Positions 14,370 to 28,948 of a stretch of 64,000 bases of DNA are shown in pieces. Below the pieces are notes generated by a model. It searched no databases. It was not told the DNA's origin and worked only from the letters and a program-made list of their open reading frames with translations. The stretch's first letter is position 1; the number at the start of each line of letters is the position of its first letter. A program made the position numbers and the translations under genes. Source of the stretch: the human T2T-CHM13v2.0 reference genome, Homo sapiens; NCBI RefSeq assembly GCF_009914755.1, contig NC_060934.1; one strand, 5' to 3'.

Positions 14370-15600
14370 AACAACACCAGAAACAAGGTTAAAAGACAGA
14401 TGACAAACTGATGGAAAATTTTCACTCATGTCATAGACAAAATGCTTATTCCCTTAACACATAAAGACCAAAGAGTGCCTAGAAATTAATAAGTTAAAAA
14501 AAAAAGATGAACAATACCAAAAAATGGATTAAGAATATGAAAAAGGCATTTCACAGTAAAGGAAATGCAAACAGGCCTTAGACATATGAAAAGATGATTA
14601 AATTTATCATAGTAAGAGATTTCACATTAAAATCACCTGTGTGATTAGAGATACACTCTGTTGTAAGGCTGCAGGAAAGCAGACATTCTCATATTTTGCT
14701 CGTAACTGTGTAAATGAGAACAGTCCCTATGCGGAGAGTGGGTAATTTGGCAACAACTATTCAAATTACAAATACGTTTACTGATTTAAACAACAGTTTT
14801 AAACTGTATGATCTCACAGTTCTGAAGCCTGCAAGTCTGAAATCAAGGTGTCAGCATGGTCTTGTTCCCTCTGAAATCTATAGGACCACCTTCCTTGCCT
14901 CTTTTTAGCTTTTGGTGATTTTCTGGCAATCTTTGGTAATCCTGGGCTTGCAGCTACGTAACTCCAGTCTCTGCCTTTGTCTTCAGTGTGTTCTCCCTGT
15001 TTGTCTCTATGTCTTCACATGGCCATCGTCTCATAAGACACCAGTCATATTGGATTAGGGGCCTACCCTATTCCAATCTGACTTCATCTTAACTAATTAC
15101 ATCTACAGTGACCCTATTTCCAAATATAAGATTACATTCTGAGGTACTGAGGTTTAGGGCTTCATTGTATCTTTTGTGGATGAGGACGCAATTCAACCCA
15201 TTATGCCTAGCAATCCCACTTTAGTGTTATTCTACAGATACACTGAAACCACCCAAAGGCTCTCAGTAGAGGTTTGGTTAAATACATGCTATACCTCTAC
15301 AATATGATACTCTACAACTGTAAAACAGAGGAAGTTATGAGCTGACTTGGAAGAGCTTTCATGTCAGGACAACAATGCAGCAGACTACCTTTTGGATAGG
15401 AAAGAAAAATAGTATCTCTTCGTATTTGCTTATAGTTGTATGAAGAAACTCTGGAAGAAGACACAAGAAATTAATAAAAGTGATTATTGGAGGAAGGGAT
15501 AGGGCAGATAGGATTGGAGATGCAAGTAGTACTTTTTATTGTTTTCTTATGTTGCTTTGTGAGTCATGTGGACAAATTACCTGTCTTAAACACTGAAAGG
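14370..15600 (+). mobile_element. Old L1M fragment interrupted by an MLT1-type LTR (about 14785-15200)
   Basis: L1 ORF2-end-like sequence on both sides of the MaLR-like tctcacagttctg...ggattaggggcc...caattcaaccca. Confidence 0.6.
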
Positions 15601-18451
15601 GTTTCATTCATTTGAATTGAATAAAGAACTAATTTTTATGAAATTAACAGGGAATCAGTATATTGTCCCAGTAATCAGCTCCTTACTTTCTTCTCGTCTT
15701 TCTCTAAGGCTTTGCTTAATACTTGGAATTTTAGTACCAATGTATCTTGATTCAACTGTCACACACCTGTCCTTAGTAGCATCTTTATGACCATTATTTT
15801 TCATTAGTAAAGAAATGTGATCATCCACCCATGCCAGAACCTTTGGTCAGACATGAGAACAAAAGCTAATCAGGCAGGCACTGTTAGGAAGAGGCTGTTA
15901 GGAACAATCATTTGATGAGCTTTAGGCAATTTGCATCAAAATGGTCTTACAGCAAGATCCCAGGTAATGAGTCTGTATTTTATCCATCTAAAAATTTAAA
16001 ATAAGATGCTATGAAAGAAATATTCACAACCTTCAATAGCACATTATTTTTAATTTTTCTTTTTCAAGAATTCCTATAGCAGTTTTAAAGTGAACTTGAT
16101 TAATGTACCAAGATGAAAATCAGAACTTTTTCCTTAAAAAATAATTATGCTGATAATATCCTTTTTTTCTCCCCTCCCCCCGCAAAAGTTGTTTTTATTT
16201 TGATTTGGTACCCACAAGGGTCTAGAAATTTAGATTCAGTCAATTAGGAATATTTCGAGATCTAAGCATCCAACTCTATATATCATTCACCTCTTTCATT
16301 TATTTCCCCTCTTCATCATCCTGTTGCCTTGTATTATCGTTCCACAACTAGAAGGATAAGGAAAAGAAATACAGGTCAGCCTCTTCAGCTAATTAGTAGT
16401 TTTGGTAAAATATATAGCCAAGGAGATGGCTGATAATATGGCTAAAAGGGATGTTTTTACTTATCTGTGGTTTTTGGTTAGCCAGGTGCACCGAGGTTCC
16501 TTTGATGATGGATCATCTATAATGAACAACGTTATCACAGGACATCTTCTCCATAAGCTGCTATTTATTCACTCAAAATATAAATATATTATACACCTTT
16601 TATGTAAAAGGCAGTCTAGCTCTCAAGAAGTGTGCAAGCTTGGCAGAGCCAATGAGATACACGTTCAACTAGGACAGAAATACTATCTTAACAAATGTCA
16701 TTCCCAGAAATAATCAACACAGGTGAAAGAATTAGAGATGGGGAAAAGTCAAAAAATGAGAGAGGGAAAGGTTGCAGTGTGGAAAATAGCATTTAAATTC
16801 TAACCAAACTAGAATCAGACATATAGGAAAATCTAAAATAAAATCTGGGAGCCTTGAAGCCGGAGGAAGAATTAAGGAAATCTGTGTTCGGGAGGGAAAA
16901 GCAGAAGGGGCCTTCAAGTACAACTGAATTAAATCAAGATGGACTGCCAGTTCTAGAAAAAGACAAGTTTCTCCATTCCCCGTAAATGCTCAGGAGTAAA
17001 CCCCAGTAGTCACAGCTGGGCCAGTCCCAACTTATACTCTGGGCAATCGAAACTCATTTGCCAAGCAGAGACTTGGACCATACTGCCTAGAACATGCCTA
17101 CCATTCTTTCTTTATTCTTTTGAAAGAGTACTGCCACTCAAGTGACTTTTGCAATTGAGAGTCTGATTATCATCTCTATGCTGAAAATCCTTCAGATGTT
17201 TTCTCCATTAGGAATAATCCTCATCACCAGCTCTAAAGGCCTGCACAGTTGGCCCTTCCCATCCTCTTTAGCCTGTCTTCCTCATTATTTTTCTCCAGCA
17301 TTTGACCTTCCCTACGTGCTGCCATGCTGCAACCTTGAAGACTTTTGCATGCTCTGACCTCCCTCTGAAAGTGCACCTTCCTCTACTATTTAACTGCTTA
17401 ATTTCTTCCTCAACCCTAAACTTCTCCTTGATAGCACTTAACACAGTTGAAGTTTTGTATTTTTGTGTGGTTATTGATCATCTCCCCCACTAAAATGTAA
17501 GCTTTTAGAAGGGAGAAACCATCTCAGCTTTTGCACGTAGTGGGCTTAAAACATCTTTTGTGAATGGATGCAGACATTTAGGTGCTCATTAGGAAAGCTG
17601 AACAGTATGGTGGTTAATTTCAATATCATTTCCACTCATCTACTTACCTGTGGATCCCTCTGTAGTAAGAGTACATTAAATAAAGAAGTTTCTGTTTCTC
17701 ATGAAAAAAGCCAAGCTTGTATGGTGAGCTGGGCAAAATCTTCAAGGGCACTTCCATCTTTTTTGCTGTGCGGCTATAAGCCCAGTGAAAAATCAGGGGC
17801 TTTATTACTAAAGAAAAAGGAGAGGACAGATATCTGGGCAATTTGCAGGCTTTGCAGTAATGCTTTATAAAGGTATTGTAGTAAGGATTAAATATTATAT
17901 ATAAGACTCTCTTAGCATATAGTCAGCACTCAATTAACTATGGCTGTTATTCTCTCTTCAACATATAGAGAATAAATTACTTACCTGAAAGACCTTCCTG
18001 CCCTTGGTTCTTTGGGCTTTTTTCAGCTCTTCATTTCTTTGTCTCTTTGTGCATTCATAGGTCAGATTACTTGGTTTACTATGTTTGTATACAGTTTACT
18101 GTAAATGTAGGGAGTACATTTCTGTTTTCCTTTTGATAGTTCATGGAGTAGTAGCCCCTCTCTCACCCCATTGGGACTTTGTTCTTCTTAGCCTCTTCAT
18201 AATTCCTGTTTATGTAAAGTCAGCTTCCCCACAGCCAAGTTAAACTCTCTTAATCAAGTAGAGCCACGGATTTATTTTCTTCTCCTTGTGGGTGGTGCCA
18301 TTTGAGTGTTGATCTGTCTTTCATAAAGCTGTACCTTGACATGTAAGGGGTCAGTAGTAGGGAGTGAGGAGGGATGTGAAGAGAGAATCAGTGAAAATGA
18401 AGTAGGCCAGTGCATGCTTATCTCTGACAGTTCTCTTTATTTCCTGTGAAG

Positions 18452-18568
18452 GCGATTGACCGAGGCCTGGCTTTTGAACTTGTCTATAGCCCTGCTATCA
18501 AAGACTCCACAATGAGAAGGTATACAATTTCCAGTGCCCTCAATTTGATGCAAATCTGCAAAGGAAAG
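18452..18568 (+). CDS. RPP30: RPP30 exon 7, AIDRGLAFELVYSPAIKDSTMRRYTISSALNLMQICKGK
   Basis: gtgaag acceptor, gtatgg donor; 117 nt; lies inside ORF 18446..18682. Confidence 0.96.
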
Positions 18569-19130
18569 GTATGGTTCTATAATTTTAGGATGTTTTTCGC
18601 ATCTGGCAGTTTATTATTAGTAGTACACTGGAATTGTCAAACTGACTCCTTTTCCTTAAAGCAGAATGTTCTCATAGCATAGGAACAAATTCTGCCATTT
18701 CAGTGAGCTCTGCAAATTTTAAGGGAAAGAAAAATACCAAGGGAAGAATAATGTAAGGGAGAAAAAGATGTGTTGGAAGCCATATCTTTTGATAAAAATT
18801 TGCAATTTACATACTGTGAAAGAAAAGTCTAGAATAACAATGGTCCTCACTGAGTTGAATTAAGATATGTGACCTTTTCATCTTGTTTTTTAAACTTAAT
18901 TCACCTTTACTAAGATCTGTTAGGAAAACATATTTTGTTTTTTATTACAGATTGCCTTTAGTTTGACATGAAGTCTTTTCATTTTTTTCACCTTAATTAT
19001 TTACCTTATCTTTAAAAGAAGTTGGTATTTGAGCCTTAAATGTTAAAATATGATTACTGGCTATTTATATTATGAAACTCCTTTTTTTACATTTATCTAA
19101 GATTAATATTAGTCACTTTCTATTTTGTAG

Positions 19131-19160
19131 AATGTAATTATATCTAGTGCTGCAGAAAGG
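19131..19160 (+). CDS. RPP30: RPP30 exon 8, 30-nt exon NVIISSAAER
   Basis: ttttgtag acceptor, gtaagt donor at 19161; continues the frame and contains the conserved IISS motif. Confidence 0.94.
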
Positions 19161-19556
19161 GTAAGTCTAGCATGAAGTACTTTGTTTTCATCTTTCAGGT
19201 TATAAAACTTTTCAGTTTCTAGGGGATAAATTAAAATAGTAAATGAATATTTGTTGCATTTTTTTCTATTTTAACTGCATTTGCTCATTGTAATTGCTAA
19301 ATAGTAAAATTTATCCCCACTTTCTTTAGGCTTCAACTTTTGTTTATATAATCAGTTTTTCTTTTATACTGTTACAAAATGCCTTTCAAGCTTCTCTTAT
19401 ATTTTCAAAAGCTATGAAACCCATCAAAATTATAAGGACTTAAATTTATGTAATTTTTTTATTTTTGGATACTTAAATTTTCTATTAATTTGCTATAAGT
19501 CATTGAAATGTTATAAATAATTTTCTCATATCTACTCTTTGTTCATTTTATTTCAG

Positions 19557-19594
19557 CCTTTAGAAATAAGAGGGCCATATGACGTGGCAAATCT
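19557..19594 (+). CDS. RPP30: RPP30 exon 9, 38 nt, PLEIRGPYDVAN(L)
   Basis: tttcag acceptor; ends CT before GTATCCTTT; contains the RGPYDV motif of the RNase P p30 family. Confidence 0.94.
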
Positions 19595-19989
19595 GTATCC
19601 TTTTCTGAGTAAAAAGTTGTTGACATTGTCTTTCAGGAAATTTTGAATTTGAAGTCGTATTATAGTTGAACATGTATTTTTCTCAACCTTTTACTGTAAG
19701 TTTACCAATTAATAACTTCAAAAATAAATTATATAACATTATAGAGAGCTTTATGCTTCTGTTTTTTAATTAATCATGAGATAGAAAAGAGGGAATGAGG
19801 GACTTCATATGATAAAAGCTTAGAGTTAAATGAGTCTTTTCTCAGATGCATGTTCCAGTTGGACTAAGAACTGCTGTTGAATTAATTAGCCTCTCAAGAT
19901 GACCAGGTTAGCTGGCACTTTCTGTTATGTTTGTGTTAGTCTCGTGTCCTTGGGTGACTCTGGGTTGAAATCTTTAATGCTCCCCCAAG
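19595..19989 (+). other. RPP30: U12-type (minor spliceosome) GT-AG intron of RPP30
   Basis: 5' splice site GTATCCTTT is the U12 consensus; branch-like TCTTTAAT at 19971-19978 is about 10 nt before the AG at 19988-19989; no long polypyrimidine tract; the frame joins correctly (CT|A = Leu). Confidence 0.92.
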
Positions 19990-20069
19990 AGGCTTGCTGT
20001 TTGGGCTCTCTGAAAGTGACGCCAAGGCTGCGGTGTCCACCAACTGCCGAGCAGCGCTTCTCCATGGAG
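19990..20069 (+). CDS. RPP30: RPP30 exon 10, (L)GLLFGLSESDAKAAVSTNCRAALLHG(E)
   Basis: 80 nt, donor gtaagc at 20070; translation matches RPP30. Confidence 0.95.
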
Positions 20070-20586
20070 GTAAGCAAGTTCTTCCAGTACAAACTGAATG
20101 GTCATGTTAAAAGCAAGTCATTTTTACAGCCATACCTATTTTTATTGCCCTACCCTACAGAGTTCCTTTGGGATCATCTTTTCTCAACCTGTTCTAAACA
20201 CAGTCATCAGTGTTTTCTCACCCTCACTTCAGGCTTTACTTTCTAAAGTTTGTAGAATGAATATAGTTTTCATTACAGAAATAAGTATTGAATAGTTCTT
20301 CCAGCTATACATGTGTGCTCCTGCCGACATTTTGATAGGCTTCTAATCTCCCTTCCTTCTTCTCCCTCACCAGAAGGCCATGCTTTCCCTGTTGAAAATC
20401 TCTGTTTTAGAGAACGGATATGTTAAAAATATGTGTTAAACTATTTATTAGGAAAACAAAACCAGCAAATACATTTTTAAAAATCCAACTAACAAAACAT
20501 AGACTGTAACTTTTACATTTATTATAACTCAGAATGTTTCTTTTCTCATGTTTGCTTACATGGTCAAGTTGTGTCCAGACTGTACC

Positions 20587-20780
<194 letters not shown>

Positions 20781-21469
20781 TGAGTTTCCTGCTCATCAGA
20801 TGTTAAAAATTGAAAGTATGCTGAAACTTTGGAAAATGAAAGTGAAATTTTATTAAAACAATTTAAGCTTTTGATCACTGTTTTGTCTTCGTTATCTTTA
20901 TAATTCTTAGGACTAGTTGTAGTGGTTAAGAAGCAATTTCATTGATATCACCCAAGTGAATTTTAAACTTCAAAGTAGATTGCTACATATAGACTGAGTT
21001 ATTTGTCATATGAATAGCTAGGTTATTGAGGGCTTGTGTGTTGGGCTTTATTGATCTGATTTCCACTTGAGAGAACTGCTTATGTATTGGCTTGCCGTAA
21101 ATTAGATGATTTTGCTTTTAGTTTCAACATTTTTAGTTTGAGATTTTTGTATTATGTAGCCTAGAACTCATCACATAAGCTTTGGGAGTGGTCAAATTAA
21201 TGGAGATTTTGAATAATGATTTTCTTGAAATTAGGGAACAGTTGGTTCACACTTTGATAGTTCTGTCATTATTTTGATCTATTTTAAATAAACATTCATC
21301 AGGATTTTGAGTAACAGTTGGGGTTCCAAAATGGACTAAACAAGAAACAGAAACTAAAATATAAATACATACATAATTTTATATATAGGAAAATAGGAAG
21401 TCCTGCATTTGACTTTAAGAACTCAGCTATTCAGCATATAACACATAATATGTAAAGTATTTTTTTTTA

Positions 21470-21875
21470 GAATTTCTTTTTGTGGGTACATAGTATGTGT
21501 ATATATTTATGGGGTACTGAGATATTTTGATATAGGCATGCAATGCATAATAATTACATCATGGAAAATGGGGTGTCCATCCCCTCAAGCATATGTCTTG
21601 TGTTATAAACAATCCAATTATGCTTTTTTAGTTATTTTTAAATATACAATTAAATTGTATTGACTATGGTCACCCTCTTGTGCTATCATATACTAGACCT
21701 TGTTCATTCTATTTTTTTTGTACCCATTAACCATCTTCACCTCCCTCTCAGCCCCCCACTACCCTTCCCAGCCTCTGGTAACCATCCTTCTACTTTCTGT
21801 CTCCAGGAGTTCAGTTGCTTTGATTTTTAGATCCCACAAACAAGTGAGAACATGTGATGTTTGTCTTTCTGTGTC
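21470..21875 (-). mobile_element. L1MA-type 3' end fragment
   Basis: Antisense L1 3' UTR, gtgggtacatagta...gtgagaacatgtgatgtttgtctttctgtg. Confidence 0.78.
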
Positions 21876-22129
21876 TAAAATCAGGCTTTTATAGAAGCTA
21901 AACTTAAAGAAGACTTGTGAACTTTGGGTGGCATTACCATTCACCCCAGTGTACCCAGGACAGTTCTAGTTTATGCCTGCTGTTTCTGTGACCTTATTAG
22001 CACTTCTATTCCCTGAAGAGAGTCCTAAACTAGATGATAAAATATGGTTACCCTGGTTTTCGTTGCCATTGGGATCAGTATGAGACGGTAGTATGATGTG
22101 TTCTTAAGATTGCTAATTCAGCCTAGGTA

Positions 22130-22490
22130 ATATTAGAAGAAATAAAGGATTCTGAGACAAGGAAATTCAAAGCCTCGTTATTATACTCTCATTGATGAAA
22201 TCTCAGCCGGCATCTGTATCATTCTGAGTGCCACATTTAAGAAGGACAGCAGTGCACTGAAACACTATTGGAAAATGTCTACTCAGTCCTTAAAGGGTCT
22301 GGAAGCCTCATGATGAGAGGAATCACGAGGGTGGTGCAGACATGGATACCTGGCAAGCAGAAGAGTTGGGACACATGGTAGTTAGCTTTCAACTTGGAAG
22401 GCTTGCCACAGGAAATCAGAATTAGGTTCTTTGGGGGTCCAGAAATCTAGAAACCAATGAATAGCAATTCTGAGGAGGTTGTGGGGAAAG
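22130..22490 (+). mobile_element. L3/CR1 LINE fragment
   Basis: gtgccacatttaagaaggaca...aagggtctggaa resembles the CR1/L3 3' region. Confidence 0.45.
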
Positions 22491-24246
22491 GACAGAGGAA
22501 AGAGGCCCAAGGTCAGGGTCTTTGGCCTGTGATTGATAAAGTTCATGCCCTCAATCAGCCCCTGGACCAAAATGAACCTGTTGGGGACACCTGCCTTAGC
22601 CCCTTGTGAACAAAATTATTCACTCGTAGATAATCCTTTAGATTTTCCTTGGCAAGATGATTAAAGGAAATACTATATGTGAAAACATTTTATAAACTAA
22701 AGCATACACAAATGTAACGTCTTGCTGTTACCAAGAAATGCATTTATTTTTAAAAGACACTAAAGAAATTAATGCATTTTGTTAAAAAGTGCTGATTTTC
22801 ATAATGTTTATATTTCAGTTGATTTTTAGACTATGGGTACAGAATCAGTGACATAAATTAATAGCTATAAGTGTGACGTTTTTCATTTGGTGAAATGGAA
22901 ATCATTGACAGTTTTTATTTTGAGGTTCTTATTATGTTGGCATTTTAATGACCTTGAGAGCAGTTTTATCCCTTTTACAAATAAAAGTGTTTTAAAATAA
23001 TTGGCAGAGTAGATTTACTAAGTTAATCTTGATAAATGGGAAAATAATGCTTAACACTTTATGGTTGACTTTACGTTTATTACTTGAAATAAGGAATAAT
23101 TCATAGCTAAATTTCTGTTCAAGTTCTTTTGATTCTGCCACCTTTGTAGCTAATGGGTATCTCTCTCTTTCTCCATAATCCCTTTCCATTTCTAAGGACA
23201 GAGTTTGGGTCTGTTTTCATGACACTATGGCCTTTCATAAGTTACCCTTCCAAACTCTATTTTCTCCTAATTTTTTTGTATTCCTACTTCACATCAGCCA
23301 TATTGTCCCCTAAACTATTTTACCTAGGTTCTTCTTATCTTTCTCTCCATGCCTTTGTAAAGGAATATTTCTCTTTTTCTTACTCCGTTTACCCTATTCT
23401 GAGTAGTGTCACCTTTATATAATACCTCATTGCTTTAACCAGGCAGTTAATTCTTGTGGATGCCTCCATTCCTATTATATTTGCTCTTATTGTGCTTCTC
23501 GCATGCATGTAGTATAGGGAAAAGCACTGTCTGTTAGGAATCTTAATACCCTCTGTATGGACACAGTGCCTAGCCTATTAGTAGGTTTCTAGGAAAAATT
23601 GGTTAAATTTAAGTTGAACTCTGCTGCCAGCCTAATCTAAGCATTTAATAATTTCTATTTATTCTTTGTTCATTGTCACCAGTTAAAGAGATCAATAAAT
23701 TTATGAGTGATTTTATTCATTAACTCAACTAGTATTTACTGAACACATTTTGCATAACCAGGCCATTGTTGAGTGTTGGCAATATAATGCAATTGATTCT
23801 TCAGAGGTACCTTGATGTTCTAATAAGAGAGATAGGGTACATGCTGTAAAATGAGGCAAGCATGTGCTCCACATGGGAGCCATACACTTGATTGCTGTGT
23901 TTGCTCTCTTGATTTGTCTGTCTACCATATATAAAGTGTCTGCTACATCAATGTCTGTGACTGGGTTCTGGCTACATAAGATGCCATGGACAGACCATTA
24001 GAGATAACACTGTCCTGCAGTTTTACCCATGAGGTAATCTTTAGGAATGAATTAGATGTTAATAATATACTGATATTTGTGTCTGTTGGGAAAAAAAGAT
24101 AATGACGGTAAATGGCACTAGCAGCCATAGCAGTTCATTATGGCTTATCATTTGCTATTGCTGTAAGCCAAAGTAATATGTTAAACCACCTCATTTTAAA
24201 TTATGTCTTAACTTCAAGCACAGTGGTTTCCCTGTTTGTTTTACAG

Positions 24247-24356
24247 AAACTAGAAAAACTGCTTTTGGAATTATCTCTACAGTGAAGAAACCTCGGCCAT
24301 CAGAAGGAGATGAAGATTGTCTTCCAGCTTCCAAGAAAGCCAAGTGTGAGGGCTGA
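24247..24356 (+). CDS. RPP30: RPP30 terminal coding exon 11, (E)TRKTAFGIISTVKKPRPSEGDEDCLPASKKAKCEG*
   Basis: ttacag acceptor; TGA at 24354-24356; exon lengths are consistent with the recalled 268-aa protein. Confidence 0.96.
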
Positions 24357-24421
24357 AAAGAATGCCCCAGTCTCTGTCAGCACTCCCTTCTTCCCTTTTA
24401 TAGTTCATCAGCCACAACAAA

Positions 24422-24642
24422 AATAAAACCTTTGTGTGATTTACTGTTTTCATTTGGAGCTAGAAATCAATAGTCTATAAAAACAGTTTTACTTGCAATC
24501 CATTAAAACAACAAACGAAACCTAGTGAAGCATCTTTTTAAAAGGCTGCCAGCTTAATGAATTTAGATGTACTTTAAGAGAGAAAGACTGGTTATTTCTC
24601 CTTTGTGTAAGTGATAAACAACAGCAAATATACTTGAATAAA
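24422..24642 (+). terminator. RPP30: RPP30 tandem polyadenylation signals, AATAAA at 24422 and 24637
   Basis: Two AATAAA hexamers downstream of the stop codon, each followed by GT/T-rich sequence. Confidence 0.75.
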
Positions 24643-24654
24643 ATGTTTCAGGTA

Positions 24655-24959
24655 TTTTTGTTTCATTTTGTTTTTGAGATAGGGTCTTTGTTGCTCAGGC
24701 TGGAGTACAGTGGCATAATCACAGCTCACTGCAACCTCAATCCTGGGCTCAAGTGATCCTCCCGCTTCAGCCTCTCAAGCAGCGGGAACTACAGGTGTGC
24801 ACTACCACACCTGGCTATTTTTTTTTTTTTTTTTTTTTTCCCTTGTAGAGACATGGTCTCACTATGTTGCTGAGGCTGGTCTCAAACTCCTAGGATCAAG
24901 CCATCCTCCCGCTTTGGCCTCCTAAAGTGCTGGGATTACATGAGCCACCACATGCAGCC
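24655..24959 (-). mobile_element. Alu (J-type) immediately downstream of the RPP30 distal poly(A) signal
   Basis: Antisense Alu with an expanded middle T tract. Confidence 0.9.
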
Positions 24960-25456
24960 AGATGTTTGAATATTTTAAGAGCTTCTTTCGAAAGTTTCTT
25001 GTTCATACTCAAATAGTAGTTATTTTGAAGATATTCAAACTTATATTGAAGAAGTGACTTTAGTTCCTCTTGTTTTAAGCTTCTTTCATGTATTCAAATC
25101 AGCATTTTTTTCTAAGAAATTGCTATAGAATTTGTGGAAGGAGAGAGGATACACATGTAAAATTACATCTGGTCTCTTCCTTCACTGCTTCATGCCTACG
25201 TAAGGTCTTTGAAATAGGATTCCTTACTTTTAGTTAGAAACCCCTAAAACGCTAATATTGATTTTCCTGATAGCTGTATTAAAAATAGCAAAGCATCGGA
25301 CTGAACCAACTTTGGAAATAATTTATTTTTATAATGGGATCATGTTAAGTAGAAGTAGCTTTTTATGCAAATACATGCATTTATGCAATATTAATGTAAG
25401 GGCTCTAAAACAATGGAGTAGAGCCAGAGGTATAACTGAATAAGAAATTTTTTTAA

Positions 25457-26202
<746 letters not shown>

Positions 26203-26868
26203 TTCCAGTTCTTTTTAATGCAGTATCCTTTATCATATTCATAGGTCAAAAGAGAAAAATCAGAATATTTTTAATAGATGCCAGAAAGACATTTAATAAA
26301 GTTAAATCCACTCCTGATTTTTAAAATGACAACAATAAAAACCCATGGCAAAATTAAAGTAGAATAATATTGTATGCATACATATATATGTTCATATGTG
26401 TCTGTTTTTTGTGTATATTAAATGTGATGGCTCCAAAAGCATTTTTGACTACCGCTTGGCCAATTTGATGGATTAACCTACTCATTCCTTCTGTAAAACT
26501 GAGGCTGGTGCTGCTGAGGCCACACACCAAAAGTCTGCCACTTCCTTGTGTGCCAGTTTGCTTTTTTCCTTCACCCTGCTTAAGTTCACCAAAAGTCAGC
26601 TGTGTTTATTCACAAATCTGTTTAAGGCAGCTGTGTTTAGCATTGTATGTAAATTATTTTTTTAAATATGAAAATTGATGAGCTATTGGGGGCAAATGAA
26701 AAATTCCCGGGAAAACTAAGTCAACACTTTGGAAAGGTTTGGAAAAGAGTCATTACAAAGAACTGCTGTCAAATTAGATATGAGAAGGATAACAAATTTG
26801 GGGGTGATCAGTAAAAACTCTGCACTTGGATTGCTTCACTAATGTCAAGTTCCTTTTCTGCTTTAAAG

Positions 26869-26939
26869 GAACTAGAATTCAACAAAGACAACTTTTGATC
26901 TCTCATCAGAGAGATCATACTCCCAAGAACAGGCTTTGA
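26869..26939 (+). CDS. RPP30: RPP30 long-isoform last coding exon, (R)TRIQQRQLLISHQRDHTPKNRL*
   Basis: Acceptor ttccttttctgctttaaag; frame continues from the Alu exon; TGA at 26937-26939; possible donor aag|gttggt at 26954. Confidence 0.8.
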
Positions 26940-28207
26940 CCCTTCTTTAAAAGGTTGGTACCCAAGTATACATTTATCTATTTTAAGCTTAAAATGCTTA
27001 ACAGGATGTATGTTCAATTTTTTGCGACGTCCCACCTTAATTTATGAATTAGTGATGTACCAGCTACAGTTGCACCAGATACAGTAAGATTTTCATGTTA
27101 TAGAAAGGAGGTAAAATTATTTGCAGATACGACTGTCTTGGAAAACTCGTGAAATAAATGGGAAAAAAGTAGAAATACAGGTACCTTTCAGCTTACGTCC
27201 ATTTACTACACATTTGTGTAGTATGTGTTTGCAGTTGTGCGTGCTTTCTATTCATACATGTTTATGCCATTGTTCATGATAGTAGGGCATGATGGCTGAT
27301 CACCAGTGAATAGCAGAGGCAAGTTTCCTTCTAATATTTACTTTCGTTAGAATGAACCACTAATTTAATTGCTACAAGATGCCAATACCTCTGCCAAACC
27401 AAGATGAAGTTTGGCAGAGTGGCCAATTGTATAAATACACAAAAACCAGATTTTGATTAATAACCTGTTAAATAATTTTAAAAGATGACACTATTCACAA
27501 AGACATAAATTACCAAGAAATGTGTAGGGCCTCTATAAAGAAAACTTAATGAAAGTAATAAGAGAATAAAGGGAAAATAAAGACTAGAATACATGGAAAG
27601 AGACATTCTGTTTTCTTGAATAAGACAAATTGTAAATCAAATTCTCCCCCAAATTACGCATTTAACAAAATTTAAAATCAAAATGCTTATAAGTATTTTT
27701 TGTTTTCTTGTTTATGTATTTGGTCTTTGGACTTGGTATTCTGAAAGAGTAAATATGAGAATTGGAAATTTCAGGAAAAAACCTAATGGGAGGGACTTAC
27801 AATGCTGAATATTACAGAGTATAACAAAACTCTAGTACTGTAATTAAAACTAATTGGTGCAGAAATTCAGAACAGTGAAAAGAGCAGGAAGTCCAAGATC
27901 ATACTTTAGATATAAGAAGAAATGATGGATTGATTGTTCAGTAAGTGATACTGAAATAATTGGTTATCTATTTGGGAGAGGCAGTACAGCATACCAGTTA
28001 AGTGCATAGGGGAAAGAAAAACTAAATGCATTTAAAGCCCTACTTGCTAGTACTCATTAGCTATGACCTTGGGCAAATTATGTAACCTCTCTGTGCCTCG
28101 CTTCATCTGTTCTCCCTACCTGTCACATTATTGCAAGGATTAAGTAGGTTAGTATTTGTGGAAGGCTTACTTTGAACAGGGCCTGTCATATAAAATGTAC
28201 CAACTAC

Positions 28208-28511
<304 letters not shown>

Positions 28512-28948
28512 TTATTATTTATTACTTCATTATATTAATTTAAATATTGAAGTGTCAGCTATCATTTAGGAAAAAACTAAGTCAAATCTCTATCTCACAC
28601 CCAATACACACCCATAGTAAATCCAGGTAGATTAAAGATTTAAATTTTTTAACAAACTTGTAAAATACTAGAGGAAAATGTAAGTTAATTAAAAAAATAA
28701 TAATCTTGGATTGCAATAGACCTGCCGAGCATGGTCATCAAAGCCAGAAAACAAAGTTTGATTGATTTGTCTCTACATAACAACAAGTAGGAAAGTACAT
28801 TTACAATACATATTCCAGGAAGGTTTCATATGCTTAGCTTTTAAGAATTTTTTTTTTTTAAATACCCAACATGACATGCTGTTAGCATCCATAGAGATCC
28901 CCATTCCCAGGGTGGTGTACCTATATTGCCAGTGCTTCAGATGTTGGG

